Shown: positions 6,681 to 14,477 of the stretch, in pieces
How positions within the stretch are numbered: the stretch's first letter is position 1
Layout: every line of letters starts with the position of its first letter
NCBI RefSeq assembly: GCF_031410135.1
Contig: NZ_JANNYP010000607.1
Coordinates: 1 to 20,558, forward strand
Direction: 5' to 3'
DNA length: 20,558 nucleotides
From: Armatimonas sp.
GTDB lineage: Bacteria; Armatimonadota; Armatimonadia; Armatimonadales; Armatimonadaceae
Notes under the pieces: generated by a model
What the model was told of the DNA's origin: nothing
Seen by the model: the letters and a program-made list of their open reading frames with translations, nothing else
The model's database searches: none
Position numbers and translations under genes: made by a program

Positions 6681-9600
6681 CTACCCGCCGACCTTCACTT
6701 CGCCAATCGTCACGGTTTCTTTGTTCTGCGTGAGCCGTAGCGTCAGGTGCTGGCGCTTCTCGTTGGGCCGCCCGAAGTTGGTGATGACCGTCGCCTGAAC
6801 CGTAGTGCCGCCGGTGAGCTTCTGCTCGCCACTACCATAGTAGTTGGTCTGGATTTTATAGACACCGGGCACGGCGCGGCGGATCATGTAGTCCTCGGGG
6901 CCGTAGCCACTGGTGAAGTCTTTCGAGAGCTTGCCACCCACTTGTGTTAAGTTGTAGCTGTAAAAGCACTCCTCGCCCGTCGGCTCGATCACGTGCAAGT
7001 CCATGTCCGAGCTGTCCGAGTCCCAGGTCATGACAATGCGCACGTCGCACGCCTGGTTAGTGAGCAGGCGGCGGTCGAAGCGATGGCGAGCCAGCGGGTA
7101 CTTGGCGATAATCGCATTGGCCTCGGTGAGAGCGATGACCTCGATGCCCTCGAAGCGCTCCCAGTGGCGCATGACGACCGTATGGAGCAGCTCCAGCGCA
7201 CGCTCGGTCTGGCCCAAGTCGGCGAGCACGAGCGCTAAGTCGCGGTAGCTCTGCGGCTCCTCGGGGCGCATCTGTAGAATTTTCCCAAAGAGCCCGGCAG
7301 CGATCTGTTTCTCTCCCAGCTGTGCCAGTCGGTGGGCCAGCACGCGCAGCAGCGCCGCGTCCTCGATCTGCAAGTCCGCCAGCGACGACAGCACCCGCAA
7401 GCCTTCGTCGCGGCGGCCCAGCTGCAAGAGCAGCTCCGCACAGTCCAGATAGAACGCAGGTGTTGCCGCGTAGCTCTCGCGCTCTGCAAGATAGGCCGCA
7501 TAGGCTCCCGTCGCCCCCGCCGCCTTGAGCCGCTTCAAATACGGTGCATCGGGTGTCCACGCCTTAATGGTGACGCCCAAACCACTCTCCTCAGAACCAG
7601 TGGCGAGAATATTACCATCTTTAGCGACCATAACTCCCTGAGTCCGTCGGCTCAACGTGTAATCCCAGGCGGGTGTTGGCTCTGGCTGTGCGGTTCGAAG
7701 GCGTACTTCCTCACGTGCAGAAGTGGCCAGGGGTAGTAGAGCGGGAGCGGCGGGGCGAATTTCTCGTGTTACGGCACGATCAGCGACGACTCCGCCCAGA
7801 CTCCCACTTAAATCCGAGCCACCTCGTCCATTGCTCCCACTTCCGACTCTTGGGGAGGCGGCATGTTTCTTCTTCTCGTCTTTTGGTTTTGCAGTGCGCG
7901 GGAACTCTTTCTTCCACCAAGCCATGCGCTCGTTCCACTGCGCCAAGACGCTCTGGAGCTGCTTTTCGTCCTTGGTGCGCTTTGTGTCTTTCTCCGTTTT
8001 CTCTCGGCCCAGCCAGGCATCGTAGAGCGCGGGGCGGGTGCGGGGCGGGGTGATATTGTGCTCGACATACTGCTCCAGGGACTCCAGAACCAGCAGCGAC
8101 GTTCCCGGCGTGACCAGGTTAAAGTCTCGGCCCAGCGACAGTAGCGCCTCGTGGTTTTCATCGGGCAGCAGCGCCAGACGCTCCACACGCTGCGCGGCCC
8201 ACTGGCGGGCGATGAGGCCATGAGCCGTGGTAGTGGTGCGCTTGACCGTCACCGTGCGCCGGGAGACGGGCTGTCCCCCCATGCCATAGACCAGCGTGAG
8301 GTCGGCGCTATCCGTGAGCAAGCGGCCCGTGACAAGCCCGTCTTGCCACTGAAGATCTGTAGCGCCCTGGCCCTCCACGCGAAGTAGCGTCACGCCTGGT
8401 CTGCCAAGAGCCTCGGGGTGGGTGCCGTCGCTCAGCGCACCGCCGGTCTGCTCACAGAAGTAGCGTAGCAGGCCAAAGTTTGTTCCCGACGCAGTGGCGA
8501 TGGCGTAGATAGGCGTGTTGGCCGCAATGGTCGGGAGTCCCTGCCCAAGATTGGAAAAACCATCCGTAAACCAGAGCCAGTAGTCGCGGTGGGGCAGGTT
8601 CAGAGCCCCCAGTGCCGTTCCCCCATCGAAGGGCTGCGCTTTCAGAAACGCGATCAGCTCACGGGCATCGCCGTTGGCAATCTTGAACTTGCGCGGCTTC
8701 TCGGCCCGCTCCCGCAAGACAATCACCTCAACAGCAACGGATTTTCCGGCCAGGTGCTGCCCCAACAGCGTCAGCTCCTTGCCAATATCGGCCTTGTGGC
8801 GGCTCAGGCTCGCATCCCAGACAATCCCGATGTCACGAGGCGCTACCCGCTCAAGCTTCACCTGCGGCGGCGTGTCGGCGATGCAGAAAAACGTCTCCGG
8901 GCGCGGGCTACTGGCACGCATGAAGCTCTCGCTTGCCACCATGGGCTCACCACTCTCGGGAACCGTGATCGTTATATCCTGCTCGGCGCTGTTTTCCAGA
9001 ACGGCCTCAGCAGTCAGGTGCCCCTCGACGCGCCCGAGCTCCAGTGCTCGCTTGCCCAGAAGCACACGGGCCTGAGGTGCGCTCAACACCTCCACGGTCA
9101 CTTTCCCCTCGGGAATATTGGTTCCAAAGCGCAGTGGGATGGTTTTCTTATCCGTGCTGTAGGTAATGCGCACCGTGCGAGCACCTTCGGCGGGAAACGG
9201 GTAGATGCGCGTCCGAAAGACATTGCCCTCCAGCCGCTCCAGAAGGCCGGGGTCTACGCCCTTGCGCACTTCTTTCTCAAAGACCACGCGGGCTTTCTCT
9301 CTCTCCACCGGCACTGCGTCCACCAGCTCGCCTTTGACATCCAGCGCAAACCCGGAGACCGCCGCGCCCTCGGGCAAGGGAAAAATCAGCTCACCCTCCA
9401 GAACGCGCTTGGACGGATTGCGAAACGTGAGCGTCTGCGTCACTTGCGTTAGCGACCCTACCACCGTGATCTGAACATCGGCCCGCTCCAGCCGTACAGG
9501 AGCCTCTTTCGTCTCTTTTTCTTCGCCCTTCACCGTAAACTGAATCGGGGCAAGCGGCGGCGCTTGCTGGTGCGCAGCAGGCGCAAATTGTGTTGTGGCC

Positions 9601-9692
9601 GCAAGGGCACAGAGGGATAGGGCAAAGGCAGTGAGGCGCATCGAATTGTTTTCTCCTGCGCTTTTGTCCTCCGCAACGGCCAAAAGGTTCAT
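6681..9692 (-). CDS. Large secreted multidomain protein: N-terminal VIT domain, vWA domain, central TPR repeats, conserved C-terminal beta-rich domain (YfaP/DUF2135-like, tentative). Probable true start at ATG 9641.
   Basis: A signal-peptide-like MRLTAFALSLCALAATTQFAPAAHQ begins at the internal ATG (9641-9639), which is preceded by GGAGAA 9 nt upstream. VIT-like N-terminus (IQFTVKGEE...VLEGELIFPLPEGAAVSGFALDV...NVFRTRIYPFPAEG). vWA-like block (IGIVWDASLSRH...PFDGGTALG...LWFTDGFSN). TPR-like helical repeats (AYAAYLAERES...LGRRDEGLRVLSSLADL...ERALELLHTVV). C-terminal segment DVRIVMTWDSDSSDMDLHVIEPTGEECFYSY...GPEDYMIRRAVPGVYKIQTNYYGS. Confidence 0.6.
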   Translation of the reverse strand: MNLLAVAEDKSAGENNSMRLTAFALSLCALAATTQFAPAAHQQAPPLAPIQFTVKGEEKETKEAPVRLERADVQITVVGSLTQVTQTLTFRNPSKRVLEGELIFPLPEGAAVSGFALDVKGELVDAVPVEREKARVVFEKEVRKGVDPGLLERLEGNVFRTRIYPFPAEGARTVRITYSTDKKTIPLRFGTNIPEGKVTVEVLSAPQARVLLGKRALELGRVEGHLTAEAVLENSAEQDITITVPESGEPMVASESFMRASSPRPETFFCIADTPPQVKLERVAPRDIGIVWDASLSRHKADIGKELTLLGQHLAGKSVAVEVIVLRERAEKPRKFKIANGDARELIAFLKAQPFDGGTALGALNLPHRDYWLWFTDGFSNLGQGLPTIAANTPIYAIATASGTNFGLLRYFCEQTGGALSDGTHPEALGRPGVTLLRVEGQGATDLQWQDGLVTGRLLTDSADLTLVYGMGGQPVSRRTVTVKRTTTTAHGLIARQWAAQRVERLALLPDENHEALLSLGRDFNLVTPGTSLLVLESLEQYVEHNITPPRTRPALYDAWLGREKTEKDTKRTKDEKQLQSVLAQWNERMAWWKKEFPRTAKPKDEKKKHAASPRVGSGSNGRGGSDLSGSLGGVVADRAVTREIRPAAPALLPLATSAREEVRLRTAQPEPTPAWDYTLSRRTQGVMVAKDGNILATGSEESGLGVTIKAWTPDAPYLKRLKAAGATGAYAAYLAERESYAATPAFYLDCAELLLQLGRRDEGLRVLSSLADLQIEDAALLRVLAHRLAQLGEKQIAAGLFGKILQMRPEEPQSYRDLALVLADLGQTERALELLHTVVMRHWERFEGIEVIALTEANAIIAKYPLARHRFDRRLLTNQACDVRIVMTWDSDSSDMDLHVIEPTGEECFYSYNLTQVGGKLSKDFTSGYGPEDYMIRRAVPGVYKIQTNYYGSGEQKLTGGTTVQATVITNFGRPNEKRQHLTLRLTQNKETVTIGEVKVGG

Positions 9693-9843
9693 TCAGCAAC
9701 ACGTAGGGATAATTAGGTGAAGGGTGCCAAAGGGATTTCCGAGGTCCGGCGGGAGATAGTGAGGGGCAACTCGAACTTCAAGACGGTCTTGAGACGGCCC
9801 CAGACAACATGAGCGCAATAAAGATCGCGAGTTTGTCGCTTTT

Positions 9844-10281
9844 ATGCTACAATACGTAGTGCCCGAGGATAACAACACTCTCGCCGCCGAAGCAAGCCAG
9901 CAAGACTCGCCTGAACAGAAAGTTCGCATCGTCGTGCTGGTTGAGGCTAGTGGAGCATGCCCGTTCGAGGATTGGCTCTATGGCTTGCGGGATCGTGCGG
10001 CTCAGGTGCGGCTCTTGATACGACTTCTGCGGATCGCCGAGCAAGGCAACTTTGGTTCTCATCGAGAGCGGATCAGCGGTGCGGTGAGTGAGCTAAAGCT
10101 AGACTATGGCCCCGGTTATCGTGTCTATTTTGTGCGACAGGGCGATACGCTGGTGATTCTGCTGGGCGGGGGAGTCAAGGCAAGCCAGCAGCGCGATATT
10201 GTGTCGGCAGTGGCACTGTGGGAGAGGAATAAAGACGATGCTGAAAGATTTTCGCGCGAGTTTCGCACCCCTGCTGAGTGA
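9844..10281 (+). CDS. Type II toxin, RelE/ParE superfamily (addiction-module killer, HigB-like); real start probably the internal GTG at 9934 (about 115 aa)
   Basis: EDWLYGLRD...LLIRLLRI...G..GSHRERISGAVSELKLDYGPGYRVYFVRQGDTLVILLGGGVKASQQRDI matches the recalled family pattern (..WL..LRD..ar.ri..Ri.rl..Gn.Gd...vg.gvsELridyGPGYRvyf...g...viLLcGGdKssQ..DI). Family members are about 100 aa; the first ~30 codons of the ORF have no counterpart. Confidence 0.7.
   Translation: MLQYVVPEDNNTLAAEASQQDSPEQKVRIVVLVEASGACPFEDWLYGLRDRAAQVRLLIRLLRIAEQGNFGSHRERISGAVSELKLDYGPGYRVYFVRQGDTLVILLGGGVKASQQRDIVSAVALWERNKDDAERFSREFRTPAE
9845..9853 (+). promoter_or_regulatory. Extended -10 promoter element TGcTACAAT upstream of the toxin-antitoxin pair
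   Basis: Sequence tgcTACAAT at 9845-9853. No good -35, but TGn extended -10 promoters do not require one. It overlaps the first ATG of the 145-aa ORF, arguing that ATG is not the true start. Confidence 0.3.
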
Positions 10282-10531
10282 CCCAGAGTTCCAGCGGGAG
10301 TTTCTGGCGGCTCTCTACGAAGAGAAAGGTGCTGAAGGGATTTTCGAGGGTCTGCGGGAGATCGCAACCGCCACCAAGAAAATGCCTGAGATCGCGGAGT
10401 CAGCGGGTGTAGCCCGCACGAGCCTCTACCGCTCGCTCTCGCTAGGAGGAAACCCGAACTTCAAGACCGTACGAGCCGCGCTCAACACACTCGGGATGGA
10501 CTTTGCCATCGTCCCCAAGAAAGCCGCGTAG
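10238..10531 (+). CDS. Type II antitoxin, HTH-domain addiction-module antidote (HigA-like partner of the killer-protein family)
   Basis: The internal ATG at 10238 is preceded by GGAGAGGA about 10 nt upstream (ORF track starts earlier at 10199). Overlaps the toxin 3' end by 44 nt. HTH-like segment IAESAGVARTSLYRSLS; about 97 aa; typical toxin-then-antidote order for this family. Confidence 0.65.
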   Translation: MLKDFRASFAPLLSDPEFQREFLAALYEEKGAEGIFEGLREIATATKKMPEIAESAGVARTSLYRSLSLGGNPNFKTVRAALNTLGMDFAIVPKKAA

Positions 10532-10720
10532 GCTGCACTGCTTCATCTGGATAGAGGCGACAGTTTATCAGCCGCGTCGTAGGTGTAGCTGCGAGACGCG
10601 CTGTAGCTGGCCATGCCTGTGCGACTCTTGAAAGACAGCGCAGTAGCGCGAGCGGCGTTTCTTCTGCCCAAGACCCGCCCCTCCCGTGGCTAGCCAAGAG
10701 GCTGTATACTAGCAGCATCC

Positions 10721-11944
10721 ATGCTGTTTTTGGCTCTGCTGATCCTGATCGCCTTGCTGGTCTTGCTCTTTACGCCGATCCTTCCGATGCGACGGCGACG
10801 TGGGGGTGTGGCGGGTTTTCCGTTCGTGACGGTGGGGCTTCTGGCGATCAACACGATTGTTTTCCTCGGGAGCATGAGCAGTGGCGAGGAGTTTATCCGG
10901 CAGTGGGCACTGGTGCCCAACGACCTTCAGCTTGCTTCCCTCCTGAGCTATGCCTTCCTCCACGGCGATATTTTTCATCTCCTAGGCAACCTGATCACGC
11001 TCTATGTGATCGGAGTGCACGTGGAGGAAGCGCTGGGCAACCTCCCCTACCTACTGGCCTACCTGGCCGGGGCGCTGGTGGCGGGACTCGGGCACGCGGG
11101 AGCGGTTCTGCTCTTTTTTCCCGGCTCCGCAGGGACTCCCATGGTCGGTGCCTCCGGGGCGATCTTCTGTGTCTTAGGGCTCTTTGCCGTGCGTTTTTGG
11201 CGAACTCGCGTCCGGCTTTTCTGGATTCCAGCGGTTCCGGCAGCCGTGGCAGTCGGGATTGTGATGGTTCTCCAGATCTTCATGGCGATTCGCTCTTTAG
11301 TGGACCATGGAGCGGACCAGGTGGCCTATGCCGCGCACCTGATTGGCTTCTTCTTCGGCTTTGGGATCGCCTTCCCTCTCCGCGTCTTGGAGCAGAGCGC
11401 CCGTGAGTACGGGATCGAGGACGCCGAGAAGGCACTGGCGGCGGGCGACCTGACCACGGCGGCAGGCTACTACCGCGAGCTACTCGTCCGCACGCCGACA
11501 GACGGCGGCCTGGCCCACACACTCGCGCTGGTGCATGTCCGCCTCGGGGAGCAAGAGGCGGCGCACCGCTACTTCACGCAGGCTCTGGACTTGTTCTCCA
11601 AGCAAGGAAACGCCGCCGCGGTGGCCCGAATCTACAGCGATGCTCAGACCAATCTGTTGCGCGTCTCCCTTCCGGTGCGCCTCTTGCAGCGGGTGGCCAG
11701 CGCCTGTGAAGATGCCCAGCAGTACGAGCTGGCCCGTCAGGCGCTGGCCAATCTCTGCCGCGACTTCACCCACACCACCGATGCTGAGCTAGGAATGCTA
11801 AAATTGGGTAAACTGCACCTACAGAAGCTAGGACAGCGCGACAACGCCTTAGCGATCTTTGCGGAGTTCCTACGGCTCTACCCCACGTCTGAGTGGGCAA
11901 ATCATGTTCGAGGATTGATTACGGAAAACCAGAATGCTTCTTGA
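10721..11944 (+). CDS. Rhomboid-family intramembrane serine protease fused to C-terminal TPR repeats
   Basis: Multiple TM segments. Rhomboid signature HGDIFHLLGNL (TM2 region), catalytic Ser in GASGAIFCVLG and catalytic His in AHLIGFFFG. C-terminal ~170 aa has TPR-like repeats (AAGYYRELL...AHTLALVHVRLGEQEAAHRYFTQAL). Confidence 0.8.
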   Translation: MLFLALLILIALLVLLFTPILPMRRRRGGVAGFPFVTVGLLAINTIVFLGSMSSGEEFIRQWALVPNDLQLASLLSYAFLHGDIFHLLGNLITLYVIGVHVEEALGNLPYLLAYLAGALVAGLGHAGAVLLFFPGSAGTPMVGASGAIFCVLGLFAVRFWRTRVRLFWIPAVPAAVAVGIVMVLQIFMAIRSLVDHGADQVAYAAHLIGFFFGFGIAFPLRVLEQSAREYGIEDAEKALAAGDLTTAAGYYRELLVRTPTDGGLAHTLALVHVRLGEQEAAHRYFTQALDLFSKQGNAAAVARIYSDAQTNLLRVSLPVRLLQRVASACEDAQQYELARQALANLCRDFTHTTDAELGMLKLGKLHLQKLGQRDNALAIFAEFLRLYPTSEWANHVRGLITENQNAS

Positions 11945-12701
11945 CCCCGAGTTTTTGCAAAAGCTGGCCACAGTGCTCCCCAACAGCGAGACGGGTGAGG
12001 CACACTCTAGCCGCACCACGCGCCGCACTCCCCGAAGCGACTCTCTCTTCCGGCTGGGGCGACGTGCCGAGCCCACCCGAAAATCCTCCCGCTTTGAGCG
12101 CATGCTGGCTCGCCTGCTGCGGCTGGAGACCACCTCGCTTCATGTTTTACTGGACGCCTCACTGGCCATGACGTTCGCGGGCTACACTCCCCCCGAGCCC
12201 TCGCAAAAGTTCGATTTTGCCCGGCGCTTCACCGCCATGCTTGGCTATGCCACCACCCAGCGCGACCTGCGCTTTGAGGTCACCGCCCTCTCTCCCGCGC
12301 GCGGCACACGGAGCCCCATTGTCCAGCACCCCGAGGACATCTCCCAGCTCCTAGACTATCTGGAGAAGCTCCGGGCGGGCGGGACGCGCAACTTTGCCTG
12401 GGCGCTCCGCAAGCGGATGCGCCGTAGCTCGCGACGCTCGCTGTTTATCCTGCTCTCCGACTTTCGGGATCGCAACTGGGAGTGGGGTGCCCCTGCGCTC
12501 TTAACGGGTGAAGCCCGTGTGGTGCTGGTTCATCTGATGGACCGCTCCGAGCTGCAAGAGAGCAGCCACGGACTACGGCTCGAAGACGACATCCGCCAGC
12601 GCCTCGCCGAGCTTGCCCAGCGCTACCAGCTAGAGTATCTCATCGTCCCCACTGACACGCCCCTCGAAGAAGCCTTTCTCCACGCCGCCGGGGATCGCTA
12701 A
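11934..12701 (+). CDS. vWA-like / DUF58-like domain protein (degenerate MIDAS)
   Basis: Overlaps the rhomboid gene by 11 nt. HVLLDASLAM (DxSxS-like), AGGTRNFAWAL (GGT...AL) and LFILLSDFRD (vWA strand plus acidic residue) resemble the vWA fold as seen in DUF58 proteins. The upstream DUF58 GDD/IDW region is not recognisable. Confidence 0.4.
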   Translation: MLLDPEFLQKLATVLPNSETGEAHSSRTTRRTPRSDSLFRLGRRAEPTRKSSRFERMLARLLRLETTSLHVLLDASLAMTFAGYTPPEPSQKFDFARRFTAMLGYATTQRDLRFEVTALSPARGTRSPIVQHPEDISQLLDYLEKLRAGGTRNFAWALRKRMRRSSRRSLFILLSDFRDRNWEWGAPALLTGEARVVLVHLMDRSELQESSHGLRLEDDIRQRLAELAQRYQLEYLIVPTDTPLEEAFLHAAGDR

Positions 12702-12755
12702 AAATCCGTCCCTAGACTGAGGGGAAATGCGCTACGGCGACGTACAATTAGAATT

Positions 12756-13823
12756 ATGATCAAAGGCCCCCCATCGCGCCTACGCACTCAGCTCCGGGAG
12801 TCGCATGTCAAAGCCGCTGCGACAACATCTCTCGCAACCCTGGGAGGACTGGTACTGCTAGGACTGCTCAAAGGCTCCAACGAGCCCAGTTTCCTGGAGC
12901 GCCTCCTGCCCAGTGCGCTTGTTCTCGCGCTCTCGTCGGGTGTGGTGGCGGGAATCTCGGGCTATCTCTCAGCGCGGCGACTTGCCTGGCGCTTCGATGC
13001 CATGACCCGTGCTGCAGATGCCTGGGCACGCGGCGACTTTACGGCGATGGCTCCCGAGGCCCCTGATGAGATGGGGCAGCTCGCCAGTCGCTTGAACCGC
13101 ATGGCCGCCGAGCTTCAAGACTTAATGGCGCTCCGGCAAGATGTCGCCACACTAGAAGAGCGCAACCGCCTAGCGCGAGATCTCCACGACACGGTCAAGC
13201 AACATCTCTTTGCTGCCTCTATGCAGATTGGAGCCGCCAAGGCGCTGCTTCCTGCACAGCCCGACCAGGCCCTCACGCGCCTTGACACCGCCAACGACCT
13301 TGCCCAGCAGGCCCAGCGCGACCTGACCAGTGTCTTACAAGAGCTACGGCCTGTCAGCGCCCAGGGTGCCCCGCTCGCGATTCTGCTCAAGGGCCATGTG
13401 AGTGACTGGAGCCGCCGCAATAGTATCCCGTCCACCTTCGAGAGCGATGAGCTTCCGCCGCTTGCACCCGAGGCAGCCAATGGCCTACTGCGGATCGCGC
13501 AAGAAGCTCTTGCCAATGCCAGCAAGCACAGCGAGGCAACTCGTGTGGAGGTCTCTCTCAGGCGCGATGATGCGGGAGGGGTTCGCCTGCTAATCCGTGA
13601 CAATGGGCGCGGCTTCGATGCCCGTCAGCGCCGAATTTGTGGCGGTGAGGGCTTCGGGCTCCACACGATGCGTGAGCGGGCACAAGACCTGCCTGGTGGT
13701 CGGCTTCAGCTCCTGAGCACTCCCGGCGCGGGCTGCTGCATCGTGGTGCGCTGTGATGGTGTCGCACGCCCCGCACGTATGGATGATTTTCTGGGGATGG
13801 AAGACACCATCCGGATGCTGTAA
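12756..13823 (+). CDS. Sensor histidine kinase, HisKA_3 (NarX/DesK/LiaS-type) with two N-terminal TM helices
   Basis: TM segments LATLGGLVLLGLL and ALVLALSSGVVAGISGYL. H-box ERNRLARDLHDTVKQHLFAASMQI; N-box ALANASKHS; G-boxes IRDNGRGFD and GFGLHTMRERA. Confidence 0.85.
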   Translation: MIKGPPSRLRTQLRESHVKAAATTSLATLGGLVLLGLLKGSNEPSFLERLLPSALVLALSSGVVAGISGYLSARRLAWRFDAMTRAADAWARGDFTAMAPEAPDEMGQLASRLNRMAAELQDLMALRQDVATLEERNRLARDLHDTVKQHLFAASMQIGAAKALLPAQPDQALTRLDTANDLAQQAQRDLTSVLQELRPVSAQGAPLAILLKGHVSDWSRRNSIPSTFESDELPPLAPEAANGLLRIAQEALANASKHSEATRVEVSLRRDDAGGVRLLIRDNGRGFDARQRRICGGEGFGLHTMRERAQDLPGGRLQLLSTPGAGCCIVVRCDGVARPARMDDFLGMEDTIRML

Positions 13824-14477
13824 ATGGACGAGATCACGGTTCTGCTCACCGACGATCACGCGATTGTGCGTCAGGGAGTTCGGGCGTTTCTGGAGACCCA
13901 GTCGGATATTAAAGTCGTGGGTGAGGCGGGCAGTGGCGAAGAGGCCATCCAGCTCTGTGAGGCCCTCGCCCCGGATATCGTGCTGATGGACCTACTCATG
14001 CCCGGAATGGGGGGAGTGGAAGCCACACGGCGGGTAAAGGCGATTAGCCCTCGCACCCGGGTGATTGTCCTAACCAGTTATCATGAAGATGAGCACGTGC
14101 TTCCCGCGATTCGTGCAGGGGCACTCTCCTACTTACTCAAAGACGTGGCGGCGGGTGAGATTGCCACGGCGATTCGCAAAGCAGCAGCGGGGGAAGTCAC
14201 CCTCTCTCCGGCGATTGCCGCGCAGATGATGAAAGCAGTCACGGGGGAACGTAAGTCACCCGAGGCCCCTGGCCCGGAGTCGCCGTTGACAGTCCGGGAG
14301 CGGGAAGTGATTCGTCTGATTGCTGATGGGCTCTCGAACACCGAGATCGCAGAGAGGCTGTTCCTCTCGGAGAAAACCGTCAAGAGCCACGTCAGCAATA
14401 TCCTCGCTAAGCTCCATGTCACAGACCGCACGCAGGCGGCGGTCTATGCATGGCGCGAAGGCATCATGACCCGCTAG
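13824..14477 (+). CDS. Response regulator, NarL/FixJ family (REC domain plus LuxR-type HTH)
   Basis: ATG immediately follows the kinase TAA. REC motifs LLTDDH, phospho-acceptor region IVLMDLLMPGM, KAISPRTRVIVLTS. C-terminal LuxR HTH LTVREREVIRLIADGLSNTEIAERLFLSEKTVKSHVSNILAKL. Confidence 0.9.
   Translation: MDEITVLLTDDHAIVRQGVRAFLETQSDIKVVGEAGSGEEAIQLCEALAPDIVLMDLLMPGMGGVEATRRVKAISPRTRVIVLTSYHEDEHVLPAIRAGALSYLLKDVAAGEIATAIRKAAAGEVTLSPAIAAQMMKAVTGERKSPEAPGPESPLTVREREVIRLIADGLSNTEIAERLFLSEKTVKSHVSNILAKLHVTDRTQAAVYAWREGIMTR

Noticed and set aside
6993-9474. Numerous plus- and minus-strand ORFs (up to 287 aa, e.g. 8589-9452) inside the 1003-aa minus-strand gene
   Set aside because: All lie within a gene with coherent multi-domain homology; their products are low-complexity Arg/Ala/Pro-rich, as expected for off-frame translation of GC-rich DNA.
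9844-9933. First ~30 codons of the toxin ORF as real coding sequence
   Set aside because: No counterpart in the ~100-aa killer-protein family; overlaps a TGcTACAAT promoter element; the family N-terminus aligns from the GTG at 9934.
10532-10720. Possible small RNA or riboswitch in the 190-nt spacer between the antitoxin and rhomboid genes (contains duplicated GTAGCTG and GC-rich stems)
   Set aside because: No convincing conserved structure or known motif recognisable by eye; more likely just promoter/terminator space.
10903-11773. 167-aa plus-strand and 74-97-aa minus-strand ORFs inside the rhomboid-TPR gene
   Set aside because: Alternative frames of a gene with clear rhomboid catalytic motifs; compositionally biased products.
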